Positions 7,959-18,297 of a DNA stretch of 40,212 bases are shown piece after piece. Location: the IMG/VR virus record IMGVR_UViG_2541047498_000018. One strand, given 5' to 3'. Origin of the DNA: a virus. Lineage: Duplodnaviria > Heunggongvirae > Uroviricota > Caudoviricetes. The translations under genes and the position numbers were made by a program. The notes beneath the pieces were generated by a model, which worked only from the letters and a program-made list of their open reading frames with translations, was not told where the DNA came from and ran no database searches. Each line of letters begins with the position of its first letter. Position 1 is the stretch's first letter.

Positions 7959-9034
7959 GTGATTTCCCCCACGGTCAGCAACTCTGTATCTCCGGCCATC
8001 ACGGACTTCAGCGGGCTGCGAACTTCAAAATCCTCCAGTCCTTTCACCCCTGCAACAGCCCGCCAGAATGATGAAGGCAATACAAGTCCACCCGGCCGCG
8101 ATTCGTTATAAAGCAGGTCCGTTAATGCCTGTTTTACGGCAGCCTGATTTTCCGGCGTTTTGGGTACAATCCTGATCTCAAACGCCACCGGCTTATTGGT
8201 CAGCTTAAACACGCTGATTGTCGGCCCAAGTGGCTGACCAACGGGCTGGCCCGTCGCCGGATCATCATGACTGCGGATATAATCCGCCACCCGCTTCACA
8301 TCACCTTCTCCGGGGAAAATGTCAGGGTTATTATCCTGAACAAAAGTCACACCAACACTACCCGCCTCAGGCCATTCAGGCTTACACCATGCCCGCGTCA
8401 CGCCCGGTACTTCCCGTGCCCAGCGTTCAAAATCATACTGTGTTCCCCCTGATGGCGGGTTCTGTACCCGGAATACCAGCCTGGACAGCAACTCCGGCAC
8501 CGTTTCCACATCCGCACCACCGGTGAGTCCCGTGCCGGTGACCGTGGCTGTCTGGTTGATGCCCGCCTGTGGCGTGATAAAGGACAGGCGGGTTCCGGTC
8601 GGGGTATTTCCAGCGCGCCCCGCACTTTCCGCCTCCACATTAACATTCAGTGTTCCGGCTTTTCCGGTCGCAGAGCCGGTGATGCGGTACACAACACCAT
8701 CGCTTCGCTGAAGGAGTACGCCTTCCGTGATCCCTGCATCCGTGGTCAGCATCAGTTGTACCGGTCCGTCAGCGCGGGAAGCCGGTTTACGGATGACACC
8801 CCAGAATGCGCAGTGTTTCAGGAGTTCGGCTTCATCAGCTTCTGTCGGAATTATCTGCCGGGAGATCCAGGCCAGATGTTCATGCTCCTGTGCTGACAGA
8901 CCCGCCAGTGCATACGCAATGGCATTCAGGGTGGTTTCATTCACGCCCGGCTGCGAACCGGGCAGGCGCTGGCTGATATCCTGTTGTGTCTGTGTGATCA
9001 GTTGCGCCAGTGGTAAGGGCTGATAAGGCATCAT
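7949..9034 (-). CDS. Baseplate J-like protein (Mu gp47-like)
   Basis: 361-aa ORF in the baseplate block, with the size and position of Mu gp47 / P2 gpJ-family proteins. Confidence 0.7.
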   Translation of the reverse strand: MMPYQPLPLAQLITQTQQDISQRLPGSQPGVNETTLNAIAYALAGLSAQEHEHLAWISRQIIPTEADEAELLKHCAFWGVIRKPASRADGPVQLMLTTDAGITEGVLLQRSDGVVYRITGSATGKAGTLNVNVEAESAGRAGNTPTGTRLSFITPQAGINQTATVTGTGLTGGADVETVPELLSRLVFRVQNPPSGGTQYDFERWAREVPGVTRAWCKPEWPEAGSVGVTFVQDNNPDIFPGEGDVKRVADYIRSHDDPATGQPVGQPLGPTISVFKLTNKPVAFEIRIVPKTPENQAAVKQALTDLLYNESRPGGLVLPSSFWRAVAGVKGLEDFEVRSPLKSVMAGDTELLTVGEITWL

Positions 9035-9468
9035 TCCCCCTTCATATCAGCATAAAAAATCATCGGATGTCTGCTTCCGTCCGGCAGGGTGATTTTCACG
9101 GAAAGCGAAAGGCGAGCATGCCCCACACGCATGGCATGACATACCACGGATGTGGCAGCACCGCTTTTATGCAGCCACGCCAGCGCTTCATCAGCATAGG
9201 CCTGTGCACGGCTGACCACGGAGGACAGCGTCTTTTCACGGCTTAACAGCCAGAGACGGGAGCCAACGGGGCGCTCCCGGAAACTGTCTCCCCACCATCC
9301 CCGACGGTCACGGGTGCCGTCAGGGATTTCATCGGAATCCAGCGCCCGCCTGTCCGTAAACAGTGAAATAATGACCGCAGTCAGCAGGCTGTTATCCGTC
9401 AGAAGATCTGCGCCGTTCAGTTGCAGGGAACCGCAACCCTGATCCCAGACGACAGCAATATCAGCCAT
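9031..9468 (-). CDS. Baseplate protein (Mu gp46-like)
   Basis: Internal ATG at 9468 (MADIAVVWDQ...) chosen because the track ORF start at 9681 would overlap the upstream gene by over 200 nt. About 145 aa. Confidence 0.55.
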   Translation of the reverse strand: MADIAVVWDQGCGSLQLNGADLLTDNSLLTAVIISLFTDRRALDSDEIPDGTRDRRGWWGDSFRERPVGSRLWLLSREKTLSSVVSRAQAYADEALAWLHKSGAATSVVCHAMRVGHARLSLSVKITLPDGSRHPMIFYADMKGE

Positions 9469-10075
9469 TCTCTGGTCCTCCCGTTTTGCTGCCTTCACCG
9501 TTATCGTGATGCACATGACCTGAATAGGTGATCCCGGCAATAACCGCTTCGGACATCGTGAACGTCCCCTGTGATCTTCCGGTGCCGTCAATGGACACAT
9601 TGCCTTTGACATGCAGGTTCTTATCCACTGTGACATTACCGGTAAAGTGAGCCTCCGGTGTATCCACCTGAACACCTTCATCGGCGTAAATCTCCAGCGT
9701 CTTACAGGTCACAATGATCCGGCCGTTCTTTGTCAGACGTATACGGTGCCCCTCATGGTGATACACGCCGGTATCTCCGGCGGTAAGTCCGGTCGGGCGA
9801 CTGCGGCGGTCTTCCACCACAAGCACCACGGCCTGATCCCGTTGTCCGCCAGCACAGGCCAGAAAAACTTCCGCACCAGGCAGGGGGACGCTGATTTGCC
9901 CGTACTGCTGGGGGCGTTCAACGTCATCAAAGGTTTCACCATCCATACCGGTGATTTGCACATTCTGGATTTTCAGCGTGTCCGTTGTGCCGGTCAGTAC
10001 ACCACGCCCGAACAGCAGACGAACACCCCGCATCACGGGGGCCAGAAGGCGGCTGATGACTTCGTCATTCATCAT
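9461..10075 (-). CDS. Baseplate spike/assembly protein (Mu gp45-like)
   Basis: 204-aa ORF between the gp44-like and gp46-like genes, with small overlaps to both neighbours. Confidence 0.6.
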   Translation of the reverse strand: MMNDEVISRLLAPVMRGVRLLFGRGVLTGTTDTLKIQNVQITGMDGETFDDVERPQQYGQISVPLPGAEVFLACAGGQRDQAVVLVVEDRRSRPTGLTAGDTGVYHHEGHRIRLTKNGRIIVTCKTLEIYADEGVQVDTPEAHFTGNVTVDKNLHVKGNVSIDGTGRSQGTFTMSEAVIAGITYSGHVHHDNGEGSKTGGPENG

Positions 10076-11189
10076 TGAATTTAATCCCCTGTTTTTTCAT
10101 CTGTGCCCGCACGAAGGCGTCCACGTCACCCGCATTTCCGCTTCCGCTGTTTCCCGGCTCTGCCGGAACAATAAAGCCGTCACGGGGTGCCAGAATCAGA
10201 CGGGTGGTTTCGCCGTGATTTGCATCCAGCGAAAACTCCACCTGACAGACAAGAAGATCACGCTCTTCCACTCCGGTGCGGGGAGCCGTGACAGCCGTCA
10301 GCAGGTTGATATCCCACAACTGGCCGTTCTCCCGAAACCAGTGCCGCACGGTGGCTGTCAGGCGCACAGAGCGGGCAACCGCCCGGCGCATTTCCCGGAC
10401 AGCCCTCTGGCGTGCACCGTCTGCATCAACAGCATGATCCGCCAGCACAATTTTCGGTCTGTAACGGTGGATGGCACTGTCTGTCACCGTACCAACGGGT
10501 GCGGCCAGCGTTCCGGCTGTCAGTGCATCCCCGGCATGACCACCACCACGCCCGTGCCCCCGTACACGGTATTCACTGTGGCGCAGACGGTGATCCACGT
10601 TGTGATCCAAATCCAGCAGATTTTCGCCCAGCGTCAGCGTGTCGCCACGCTGACTGCCGGCCTGAGTGAAAACCAGTTCACCGGCGGCATTACTGGTTAC
10701 CAGGACGCCTCTGTGTCTCGCGGCCCGTGTCAGCGCATCTGCCACGGTTTCTGAGTTTTCCAGTGTGAAGGTGGAAAAGGGCCGGGCTGCCGTTGCATCA
10801 TTTACCTGCCAGCGCACCGTGACCCCGAACGGAGCACACAAATCTGAAGCAATGTGCTCCAGCGTGCGGTTCCTCCACTGGCTGCCCGGATGAATGGCTG
10901 AACAGTCCACCAGGTCACCGGTTTTATCCCGTCCGCTGAGCGTGATCTGAAAACGCGTGGCGCTGATGCGCTGCCGGACCTGATCCAGCCAGCCAGTGAT
11001 CACAGGCTGACCGTCAATGCGCAATTCCAGAGACTGACCGGCACGGACGGATGACGGAAGGCGTACACCGGGCATCATTACCCCCAGTTCAAAGGAGCCC
11101 GCCAGATGTTCAAGAGAGCGACGAACACTCACCGTCAGCCAGCCGGAAAAAATCTCACCGCCCAGATACAGTTCAACCCTGCTGCTCAC
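10065..11189 (-). CDS. Tail/baseplate hub protein (Mu P/gp44-like, P2 gpD-like)
   Basis: 374-aa ORF following the N-like gene, in the Mu P position. Confidence 0.65.
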   Translation of the reverse strand: MSSRVELYLGGEIFSGWLTVSVRRSLEHLAGSFELGVMMPGVRLPSSVRAGQSLELRIDGQPVITGWLDQVRQRISATRFQITLSGRDKTGDLVDCSAIHPGSQWRNRTLEHIASDLCAPFGVTVRWQVNDATAARPFSTFTLENSETVADALTRAARHRGVLVTSNAAGELVFTQAGSQRGDTLTLGENLLDLDHNVDHRLRHSEYRVRGHGRGGGHAGDALTAGTLAAPVGTVTDSAIHRYRPKIVLADHAVDADGARQRAVREMRRAVARSVRLTATVRHWFRENGQLWDINLLTAVTAPRTGVEERDLLVCQVEFSLDANHGETTRLILAPRDGFIVPAEPGNSGSGNAGDVDAFVRAQMKKQGIKFNDE

Positions 11190-12543
11190 TAATCACCTCC
11201 ACTGAATGGCCTCCGGGAATGAACAGCGGATCAACAATACCGTTACGGCGCACAAAACGTTGCCAGCCGGTACTGTTCCCGGTGGCACGGTACAGGGTCA
11301 CCAGTGCAGGCTCGGTGGTACGTACAGTCACTACTGTTGCACCGGGTAGCTGAACTCCCCGTGTATTCAGATCCTCTGTCAGTGCCAGTCTGGCATCACG
11401 AAGCGTCAGCGCCGTGGCGGTATACCCCTGCCCGGACAGTGTCATCACCTGCCGTTCGAGCGCTTCGCTTAAGTCACGGTTAATGCGCTGAAGATCAACT
11501 GAACTTTCCAGCCAGACAGGCCAGGTACGGTGGGCTGCGTCACTGTCCGGCAGGGTTTCCTGACTGAGAACCTGATCCAGCAGTTTTCCCACGGTCTGTG
11601 CCTGGGCCACCACGGCAGCACTCTGCATTACCGCCCGTATCAGACGAATATTCTTTTGTGCTGCCGGTGTCAGACCGATGAGAGTCTGCGGATTATCCTG
11701 CTCATCCAGCACGTAACGCAGGGAAGATAATGTCCTGTACAGTTGCGGCATTCCCTGAGAGAAGGCGGATGTCGTCCGGCCGATACTGCCACCGGGCCGG
11801 GTATTCAGGCCTCCTGAAGACAGTGACGGCAGCGATGGCAGGGTGATCAGGGCACTGAAAAGCCCCGCAAAAGATGAGGCCATGCGGGAAGGTGCTGTCA
11901 GTAATGCCGTGGCATTCCCTTTCAGCGCCGTGAACGTGGCAGTAAAGGCACTGATATCCTGTACAATCCCCATGCCGGAAACGGCATTTTCCAGGGCGGA
12001 CACCTTATCGCTGATGGTTTCGGTCATTGCCTGGACATCGTGCATTCCGTCAGAAATCACCGTCCAGCCCGCTTCCAGGGTTTCAAAAACCTTCCCGAGC
12101 GCGGTGGTACTCTTCTGCTCCAGAATGGCGGCCGTGTCCTGTGTGACAGCAGGTGCGGTATCATCACTTACCGGCGTGACATTAATGGTGAACTCAACCA
12201 CGCCCTGTTCAGCAGCGTTATAACGACTTTCAAAGCTGTTTATCAGCACATTTAACGTGCCGTAATCCGGGTGAAGCAGCTCCCCGGCACCGGGAGCACG
12301 AAGGGCATCACGCAGACGATTTCGCTGTGTCTGAACATCATCCCCCATCACAAGTACACTGAACGTAAATTCAGCCAGTTTAGGTCCCAGATCGTCTGCA
12401 CCACCGGTTTCCCGTAACGGATATTCCCGACGGACAATGTTTCGCCCGCCACGTTCGCGCTGCTCACGCCAGACGAGGAACGGCACACCACGGAACGCAC
12501 CACGACCGTCACCAGAGGCCATAATTCCCTCCGTTCCAGACAT
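11173..12543 (-). CDS. DNA circularisation protein N-like (Mu gp43-like)
   Basis: 456-aa ORF directly after the tape measure gene. N-terminal FRGVPFLV motif as recalled for the Mu N family. Confidence 0.65.
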   Translation of the reverse strand: MSGTEGIMASGDGRGAFRGVPFLVWREQRERGGRNIVRREYPLRETGGADDLGPKLAEFTFSVLVMGDDVQTQRNRLRDALRAPGAGELLHPDYGTLNVLINSFESRYNAAEQGVVEFTINVTPVSDDTAPAVTQDTAAILEQKSTTALGKVFETLEAGWTVISDGMHDVQAMTETISDKVSALENAVSGMGIVQDISAFTATFTALKGNATALLTAPSRMASSFAGLFSALITLPSLPSLSSGGLNTRPGGSIGRTTSAFSQGMPQLYRTLSSLRYVLDEQDNPQTLIGLTPAAQKNIRLIRAVMQSAAVVAQAQTVGKLLDQVLSQETLPDSDAAHRTWPVWLESSVDLQRINRDLSEALERQVMTLSGQGYTATALTLRDARLALTEDLNTRGVQLPGATVVTVRTTEPALVTLYRATGNSTGWQRFVRRNGIVDPLFIPGGHSVEVISEQQG

Positions 12544-14584
12544 TCACATCCAGTCCGTGACCGGACGTGTCATCAATATCAATACTGCGAGCCTGCCACC
12601 CTTCCGGGGCAACCAGCTCCACACGGGCAGAGGCTTTTTGTACCGCCTGTCCACTGCTTTCATCATCACTGCCCCGTAATTTCTGCCAGGCTTCAGTCAG
12701 CCATCCCCCCAGATAGTTACCGAGATAGCTGCCCACCGTAGAACCAATGGCAATCCCCACAGGTCCGGCTGCCGCCCCCAGCGCACCACCGGCAATACTG
12801 CCTGCAAGAGAGCCGACCGCTTCTCCCTTGTCTGTGGCACTGGCGCTGCCATCCAGCAGAACCGGGGCTGCCATCGCGCCAGCCCACAGGGCACCGCCAC
12901 CCAGCCGGCCGGCCAGTCCACCGGCACTGCGGAAAAAGCCGGAGAAACGCCCCAGCCCCATGCGGCTACCGACAGACGAAAGTAACCCACCGGCGCGCCC
13001 CATCATGCGCCCCCAGAACCCTGCCCCACCAGAAGAGGGAGACGGTGGCACTGGGGACGGTGGCAGGGGAGGCGTGACCGGTCTTCCGCGCCCCGGTCCG
13101 CGTTTCCTGCGGCCCCGCCCCTGACGTCCGCCTGAGGAAGTATCGGTCGCGCCGGTGCCGGACAGTCCTCCTGTGGGCCAGTTTGTTACAAGTACTGGCT
13201 GAACGGCTGCCGGATTTACCCCGGTAAGAAAGTTTATAAAACGTTGCCCTCGTCCCTGAGATGTGCCTGGTGGTGTTCCGGCCGGAGGAGAGCGCCGGAA
13301 AGGTGAAGTCAGGAAGGCCGCCGCTGATAATCCGTATCCCAGCAATGCAGCACCCGGACGTATAATCCCCGTTCCGACAGCCCGCGCCATTTTCAGGGCA
13401 CGGGTGGCGAGATACATGTACAGCAGGTATTTCGCGGCGGTCTGTGCCCCCTGACCAATGCGATCCAGCGCATCACCATAGCCCGCATCCCGCAGAGCCT
13501 GAAGCGTGTCGCGTACCTTTCTGATCGCCTGATAAAACCCTGTCACTGCATCACGGGCATACTCAAAGCCCTGGTTCATGGCTGATGCCGTGCTTTCCGC
13601 CAGGGAATGGTAACTGCCATCAGATTTGGCACTGTCAACCCATGAAAGAAATCCCCTGAGATTACCCTTCAGTTTTTCAAATGGCCCACTGTCCATCACA
13701 TCCCGGGCAAACTGATCCCAGACGTCACCCATCATGGCCGTCAGGCCACTCCAGGAATTCATTGCGTCCTTTTGTGCTCCCCTGGCCTGTTCCGCCAGCG
13801 TCTGAAATAACAGGCGAATACTGTCCGGCCCAAGCAGCCCTTTTTCACCAAGTTTTCTGACCACTTTCTGGTCCACACCCAGACGATCAGCCAGCACGCG
13901 GTAGGCATTAATGCCGTAGGTGGCAAGAATATTTGCATCCGCCGCCTGAATACTGCCTCTTGCATACATCTGTTTCAGTTGCAGGGATGCCCCCTGTGCA
14001 TCGGACAGTGACCAGCCGCCCACGGCACCCTGATCCTGAAGCATGGTGACAAAATTTCGGGCCTCCCTGTCACTCATACCAAAGCCCAGACTGGACGTAT
14101 ATTCCTGCATGACGCCAGCCAGCCCCCAGGTGGTTTCCTTCGCATTCTGTATTGCCCACCTGCGGACATCATCAGTTTTCGCCCGATCCCCTTTGTAAAG
14201 GGAGTTCAGGCGAATCATATAGGTTTCCATCTCCGCTGCCGGGCGAATAAATCCCCGGTTAAAGCCATATACAGCAGCACCACCGGCCAGCATTCCGTAA
14301 AGATTGCTGATCCGCCCGATGGTGCCGGTAATACTGCCCTGAAGACGGTCAAAATCAGAAGTGACATGGCGGATACTGCCCCGCACCCCGGCCAGCGTGC
14401 GCTGCATCCTGCTTCCGAGTACATCTGTTTCCTGCCCGGCACGGCGGGCAGCATTTCCCAGGCCACCCAGCCCCGCCTGGCCGGAGCGTGAGAATGCCCC
14501 CAGCTCCTGTGACCACTGGCGGGATTTGGCTGAGATATTGCCGAGCAAATCAACTATCAGAGATGCTCTGAGATTTCGGGCCAT
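12509..14584 (-). CDS. Tail tape measure protein
   Basis: 691-aa ORF with an ATG at 14584, downstream of the tube and chaperone genes. It has a Gly/Ala-rich, low-complexity C-terminal region typical of tape measure proteins. Confidence 0.85.
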   Translation of the reverse strand: MARNLRASLIVDLLGNISAKSRQWSQELGAFSRSGQAGLGGLGNAARRAGQETDVLGSRMQRTLAGVRGSIRHVTSDFDRLQGSITGTIGRISNLYGMLAGGAAVYGFNRGFIRPAAEMETYMIRLNSLYKGDRAKTDDVRRWAIQNAKETTWGLAGVMQEYTSSLGFGMSDREARNFVTMLQDQGAVGGWSLSDAQGASLQLKQMYARGSIQAADANILATYGINAYRVLADRLGVDQKVVRKLGEKGLLGPDSIRLLFQTLAEQARGAQKDAMNSWSGLTAMMGDVWDQFARDVMDSGPFEKLKGNLRGFLSWVDSAKSDGSYHSLAESTASAMNQGFEYARDAVTGFYQAIRKVRDTLQALRDAGYGDALDRIGQGAQTAAKYLLYMYLATRALKMARAVGTGIIRPGAALLGYGLSAAAFLTSPFRRSPPAGTPPGTSQGRGQRFINFLTGVNPAAVQPVLVTNWPTGGLSGTGATDTSSGGRQGRGRRKRGPGRGRPVTPPLPPSPVPPSPSSGGAGFWGRMMGRAGGLLSSVGSRMGLGRFSGFFRSAGGLAGRLGGGALWAGAMAAPVLLDGSASATDKGEAVGSLAGSIAGGALGAAAGPVGIAIGSTVGSYLGNYLGGWLTEAWQKLRGSDDESSGQAVQKASARVELVAPEGWQARSIDIDDTSGHGLDVNVWNGGNYGLW

Positions 14585-14710
14585 ACTTACTGCTTCGTTC
14601 TGATGATTTTTTCTGTCTGTCGGCAGTGCCGGTAAAGTTGCGACAGGGGGAGGTTAAGCGCCCATTCCGGACCGCTTTTTGTCACCATCCCCAGGATAAT
14701 TGCCGCTTCT

Positions 14711-15205
14711 TCAATCTGATCCCGACACTGCGCCTGATCGCCCCCGGTCAGCTGCCAGCTTTCCGGCAAGCGCGGTATCCAGCAGGCTGACCGCTGCCAT
14801 CAGGCGGGAGAGATCGCGCTCGCTTAACTGTCCAATCTGACGGGGTGACAACGGACCTTCAATGTCTCCCACTGCGGCAATCTGACGGCGCAGCAGTGCA
14901 ACACCGCGTAACGACGGAGACGCTATCAGCATCGGGCCATTGTTTGTCTCCACCACGCGCTCGGCTTCTGCTTCTGCGTCAATACTGTCTTTCGCTGTCA
15001 GTTCCCGGAACGTGACACGATATTCACGGGTCTCACCAAACGGCAGACCATCAAGCAGATCCACATATCCCTTTGCCAGTTGCTCTGTCAGCCCGGCAGT
15101 GCGTGGATCAGCCCCCTCAAGTGCTTCCCGGATTGCCTCCATCACGGCTGCCTCGGAAACTGCCGTTTTTTTCTTACGTGTGGTCATTTTATTTTTCCTG
15201 ATCAC
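14711..15205 (-). CDS. Tail assembly chaperone-like protein (Mu gp41 position)
   Basis: ORF between the tail tube and tape measure genes. A downstream overlapping out-of-frame ORF (14587..14769) is present (see findings). Confidence 0.5.
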   Translation of the reverse strand: MIRKNKMTTRKKKTAVSEAAVMEAIREALEGADPRTAGLTEQLAKGYVDLLDGLPFGETREYRVTFRELTAKDSIDAEAEAERVVETNNGPMLIASPSLRGVALLRRQIAAVGDIEGPLSPRQIGQLSERDLSRLMAAVSLLDTALAGKLAADRGRSGAVSGSD

Positions 15206-15567
15206 TGAACACGGGTACTGGAGGCGCTGGCGAACTTCACGGAGATCTCCCCGCCACCGTCAAGCGAGGCCGGTTCACTGCTCCAGGCCTTCGTCATCAT
15301 GTGGACTTCGCCGGTATCCGCCACAAACTCGATAGTGACCGCAGTCCAGTTGTTGATTTCATCGGCGGCTGGTGAACCTTCTCCGCCTGCCGGAAATTTG
15401 CAGTCCAGCGTCGCTTCACGTGGTTTCTGGCGGTAACCATAGACTTTTGCGCCTTTCACCACTTCACGTTCAAAACCAGACGGAGAAAATGTAGCCCCCT
15501 CAAGCGTCTCGTATTCCTGACCGTTCACACGGATAGTGGCCGTACCCTGATACTGTTTTCCGCTCAT
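15202..15567 (-). CDS. Tail tube protein (Mu M-like)
   Basis: 121-aa ORF immediately downstream of the sheath gene. Confidence 0.7.
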   Translation of the reverse strand: MSGKQYQGTATIRVNGQEYETLEGATFSPSGFEREVVKGAKVYGYRQKPREATLDCKFPAGGEGSPAADEINNWTAVTIEFVADTGEVHMMTKAWSSEPASLDGGGEISVKFASASSTRVQ

Positions 15568-15575
15568 GCCTTACC

Positions 15576-17078
15576 TCACAAAATGAAACGGATCTGTGCT
15601 GCCAGGAAGCGGAACTGGTTAACCAGATCCGGCGTGCATAACACGTCAAGACGGTTTCGATCTGACGCATTACGCTCCACAAGCAGATTCTTTTTAAAGG
15701 TGTCCAGATTTTCGACCAGCCCGAGTTCCACCCACTCTTCACCCAGCGAAATTAACTGAAGCTTCATGATCTCCGGCGTCACGATATTCTGACCGGCACG
15801 AACGGGCGTCCCGTCATCAGCCAGTTTATGGCGCGGAAAACGTTGTGTGATAAAAGTACGCAGGGAATAACGCAGCCAGGAGAGGGTGTAGATGGTTTCC
15901 ACATCCAGATAGCTGGGATCACTTTCGCCGTACACGTTCTGGCGATACATGGTCACCTGACGTTCGATCTGAACCACATCACCGGCAGCCACACTGACCG
16001 TGGCAATCCCTCCCCACAGCAGACTGTTACGCTCTTCACGCGTCAGACGATCGGCCGGAGCCGGGGCCATGCGTGACGGAAGCGCCAGCGTCTGAAGCGG
16101 ACGCGCAGGATCTGCTCCCAGAGAGGGTGCACAGGTGGCACAGACCGCCGCTGCCCAGAGGTAATCCGGTTCAGGGGCTTTGGGAATGGATGTGCAGGTC
16201 GCCAGAAAATCATTGCGTTTTGCCCCGAATGCCTGCACCTCACCAAACGTGCCGGTATGTGCCAGCCACAGCACGCCGTCAGACATTTTGGCCGGTCCCC
16301 AGCGTTTCAGAAGCTCATCACTGATGATTTTCAGGTTTGCATCATCCTTATAGGGCATGACGACATAGTTGTACTGGCGATCGCCCATACCCGCCACGCT
16401 TCGGGTGATATCCGGGTTAGCCGCTTTTTGTTTCGGATAGGCTATAGCGACCTGTATTCCTTCCGGGGTTGCTTCCCCGTCGTGATAGTTCAGGCGCACA
16501 TCATGAACGGAGCATTCACCGGTAAAGCGGGCGGTGATCCCCAGAGACCCTTTCAGACCTGCGCCATTATCACCACTTCCTGCACCAGAGGAGGCCGTGA
16601 AGGGCGCGTCAGGATCGGCATTGATCAGCGCGGCCAGCTCGTCGGTCAGTTCTTTGCCTTTCTTACCTTTTGGTGCCGGGAGTGTATAACGCCGCCCCCC
16701 CACGCAGGCATAAACAATCCCGTCACGGGTGACCGTTCCGGTCAGATTCATGGCCGCAGCCGTTGCCTGTCCGGTGCCGTTCCCCTGAGCAATGGCATAC
16801 AGTTCAGCATCAGGATTGATGGCGATAAATTCCGCCACCATCAGGGCAATCATGGAGCCGCGCCCCCAGAGTTCTGTTGCCTGAGACGCACGGGTGATCC
16901 TGACCGGAACATCCAGAACACCGGCACCGTCCACGGCATTCTCTTTCATTCTCGCCTGACCAAACAGCAGCACACACTGACGCTGTGCCGGAGTGCCGGT
17001 GACAGCCATGGAGTTATTAAACTCAACCTCAATCAGCGGTATACGGCGGTCATTACCGATCCCGTCAAAATTAATCAT
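15576..17078 (-). CDS. Contractile tail sheath protein (Mu L-like)
   Basis: 500-aa ORF upstream of the tube gene, with the size and position of the Mu sheath protein. Confidence 0.8.
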   Translation of the reverse strand: MINFDGIGNDRRIPLIEVEFNNSMAVTGTPAQRQCVLLFGQARMKENAVDGAGVLDVPVRITRASQATELWGRGSMIALMVAEFIAINPDAELYAIAQGNGTGQATAAAMNLTGTVTRDGIVYACVGGRRYTLPAPKGKKGKELTDELAALINADPDAPFTASSGAGSGDNGAGLKGSLGITARFTGECSVHDVRLNYHDGEATPEGIQVAIAYPKQKAANPDITRSVAGMGDRQYNYVVMPYKDDANLKIISDELLKRWGPAKMSDGVLWLAHTGTFGEVQAFGAKRNDFLATCTSIPKAPEPDYLWAAAVCATCAPSLGADPARPLQTLALPSRMAPAPADRLTREERNSLLWGGIATVSVAAGDVVQIERQVTMYRQNVYGESDPSYLDVETIYTLSWLRYSLRTFITQRFPRHKLADDGTPVRAGQNIVTPEIMKLQLISLGEEWVELGLVENLDTFKKNLLVERNASDRNRLDVLCTPDLVNQFRFLAAQIRFIL

Positions 17079-17320
17079 TGCGGTTTCTCCTTATCGGATG
17101 CCGGTTGGGCGACCGGTTTTTCTGTCGCAGTCGTTGCATCCGCAGATACAGCCGGAGCCTCTTCAGCGGCTTTTTCAGCCTGAATGACATCGCCGTCATC
17201 AAGACGCCGACACCAGAACGGCGTAAAGGGCTTTTCCTCCCCCTCCTGTGCCAGCGGGCGCATTGTGTCGGGATCACGAATCAGGCGTCCCGGCGCGGGT
17301 TTGATAAAGATGGTTTTCAT
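17075..17320 (-). CDS. Hypothetical protein (Mu gp38-like)
   Basis: 81-aa ORF with small overlaps to both neighbours, between the head and tail blocks. Confidence 0.5.
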   Translation of the reverse strand: MKTIFIKPAPGRLIRDPDTMRPLAQEGEEKPFTPFWCRRLDDGDVIQAEKAAEEAPAVSADATTATEKPVAQPASDKEKPQ

Positions 17321-17881
17321 TTACAGTTCCTCCGGCGGTTCGACCGCCGTTGTCGTGTTCCCCGGCAAATCAATATGTGCCTCAAACGGCGGCGTACCGG
17401 GCGGCTCCACAAAGGTTTCGTAATGACGCAGGAAGTCGTCCAGCGAGCTGGTATCGGTCAGCGGTGCGATCATTTCCTCGCAGGAGAAATAAAGCGCATA
17501 CATCACCGCACCACTGTCCGCCTGGGTTTCGGTGTAACCGTTGACCGCCTTTTCAAAGTAAAGCGGTGAGGTTTTTTCTGTTCTGAAGCCGTTAAGCACG
17601 GCAATCAGCCGGGCCACAATCTGATACAGTCCGGGACGGCTGGCCTCACGCCCGTTGAGCATGTCGCCGATGACGTAGAACACCCAGTGACTGACCAGGC
17701 GACCACGGGTACGGCCTTCACCGGCACCCAGCCAGGCAACGTAGATCGCCGGGGCGTTAATCAGCATGGTGCGCAGTACGCTGTCGCTCCAGTCGCCGGG
17801 ATGCGTGTCAACAGACACCAGTTCATTCCCGAAATACTCACGGATACGGGCGATGTATGCCTGTTCGGTTTCCGTAATCAT
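17321..17881 (-). CDS. Head-tail joining/neck protein (Mu gp37-like)
   Basis: 186-aa ORF in a contiguous operon at the Mu gp37 position. Confidence 0.55.
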   Translation of the reverse strand: MITETEQAYIARIREYFGNELVSVDTHPGDWSDSVLRTMLINAPAIYVAWLGAGEGRTRGRLVSHWVFYVIGDMLNGREASRPGLYQIVARLIAVLNGFRTEKTSPLYFEKAVNGYTETQADSGAVMYALYFSCEEMIAPLTDTSSLDDFLRHYETFVEPPGTPPFEAHIDLPGNTTTAVEPPEEL

Positions 17882-18297
17882 ATGAAGCCCTTCTGGTTGC
17901 GCCCGAATACCGCTGCATCAGACTGAACCTGTGGTAAATCCCCGGATTCAGGGGCCGCACCGTTCGTATCCACACCGACCGGCACATTGCCGTTCATGAC
18001 ATCTTTCAGCCAGGCCAGCGCTTCACGGTAACGGTCACGCGCCTGATCGGAGGCTCGCTGATCGCACAGGTAATAAAAGGCAATCGCGCAACAGTGCTGA
18101 ACAAGAACGGCCGGAATAACCTCCAGCGGCAACGTGTAACGGGCGGACAGATAGCTGTCGATAAGGGCTGACGCATCTGTCAGCGCCCGGTTCAGCTTGC
18201 GCGTGTCCGGCTCATCCGAACGGGGCACAGCCAGTAACGGCCTGAGCAAATCCTCGCGGTAACGCGCCCGCATATCGGTTTCAGTGGCGTAATTCAT
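17878..18297 (-). CDS. Head-tail connector/neck protein (Mu gp36-like, DUF1320-like)
   Basis: 139-aa ORF in the conserved position between the major head gene region and the tail genes. Confidence 0.55.
   Translation of the reverse strand: MNYATETDMRARYREDLLRPLLAVPRSDEPDTRKLNRALTDASALIDSYLSARYTLPLEVIPAVLVQHCCAIAFYYLCDQRASDQARDRYREALAWLKDVMNGNVPVGVDTNGAAPESGDLPQVQSDAAVFGRNQKGFI

Noticed and set aside
16257-17183. Long plus-strand ORFs inside the structural block (for example 308 aa at 16257..17183, 267 aa at 9951..10754, 199 aa at 23887..24486)
   Set aside because: They are antisense to minus-strand genes with strong positional and family support, in GC-rich DNA where long antisense open frames arise by chance. 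Their translations are Arg/Cys/His-rich and low complexity.
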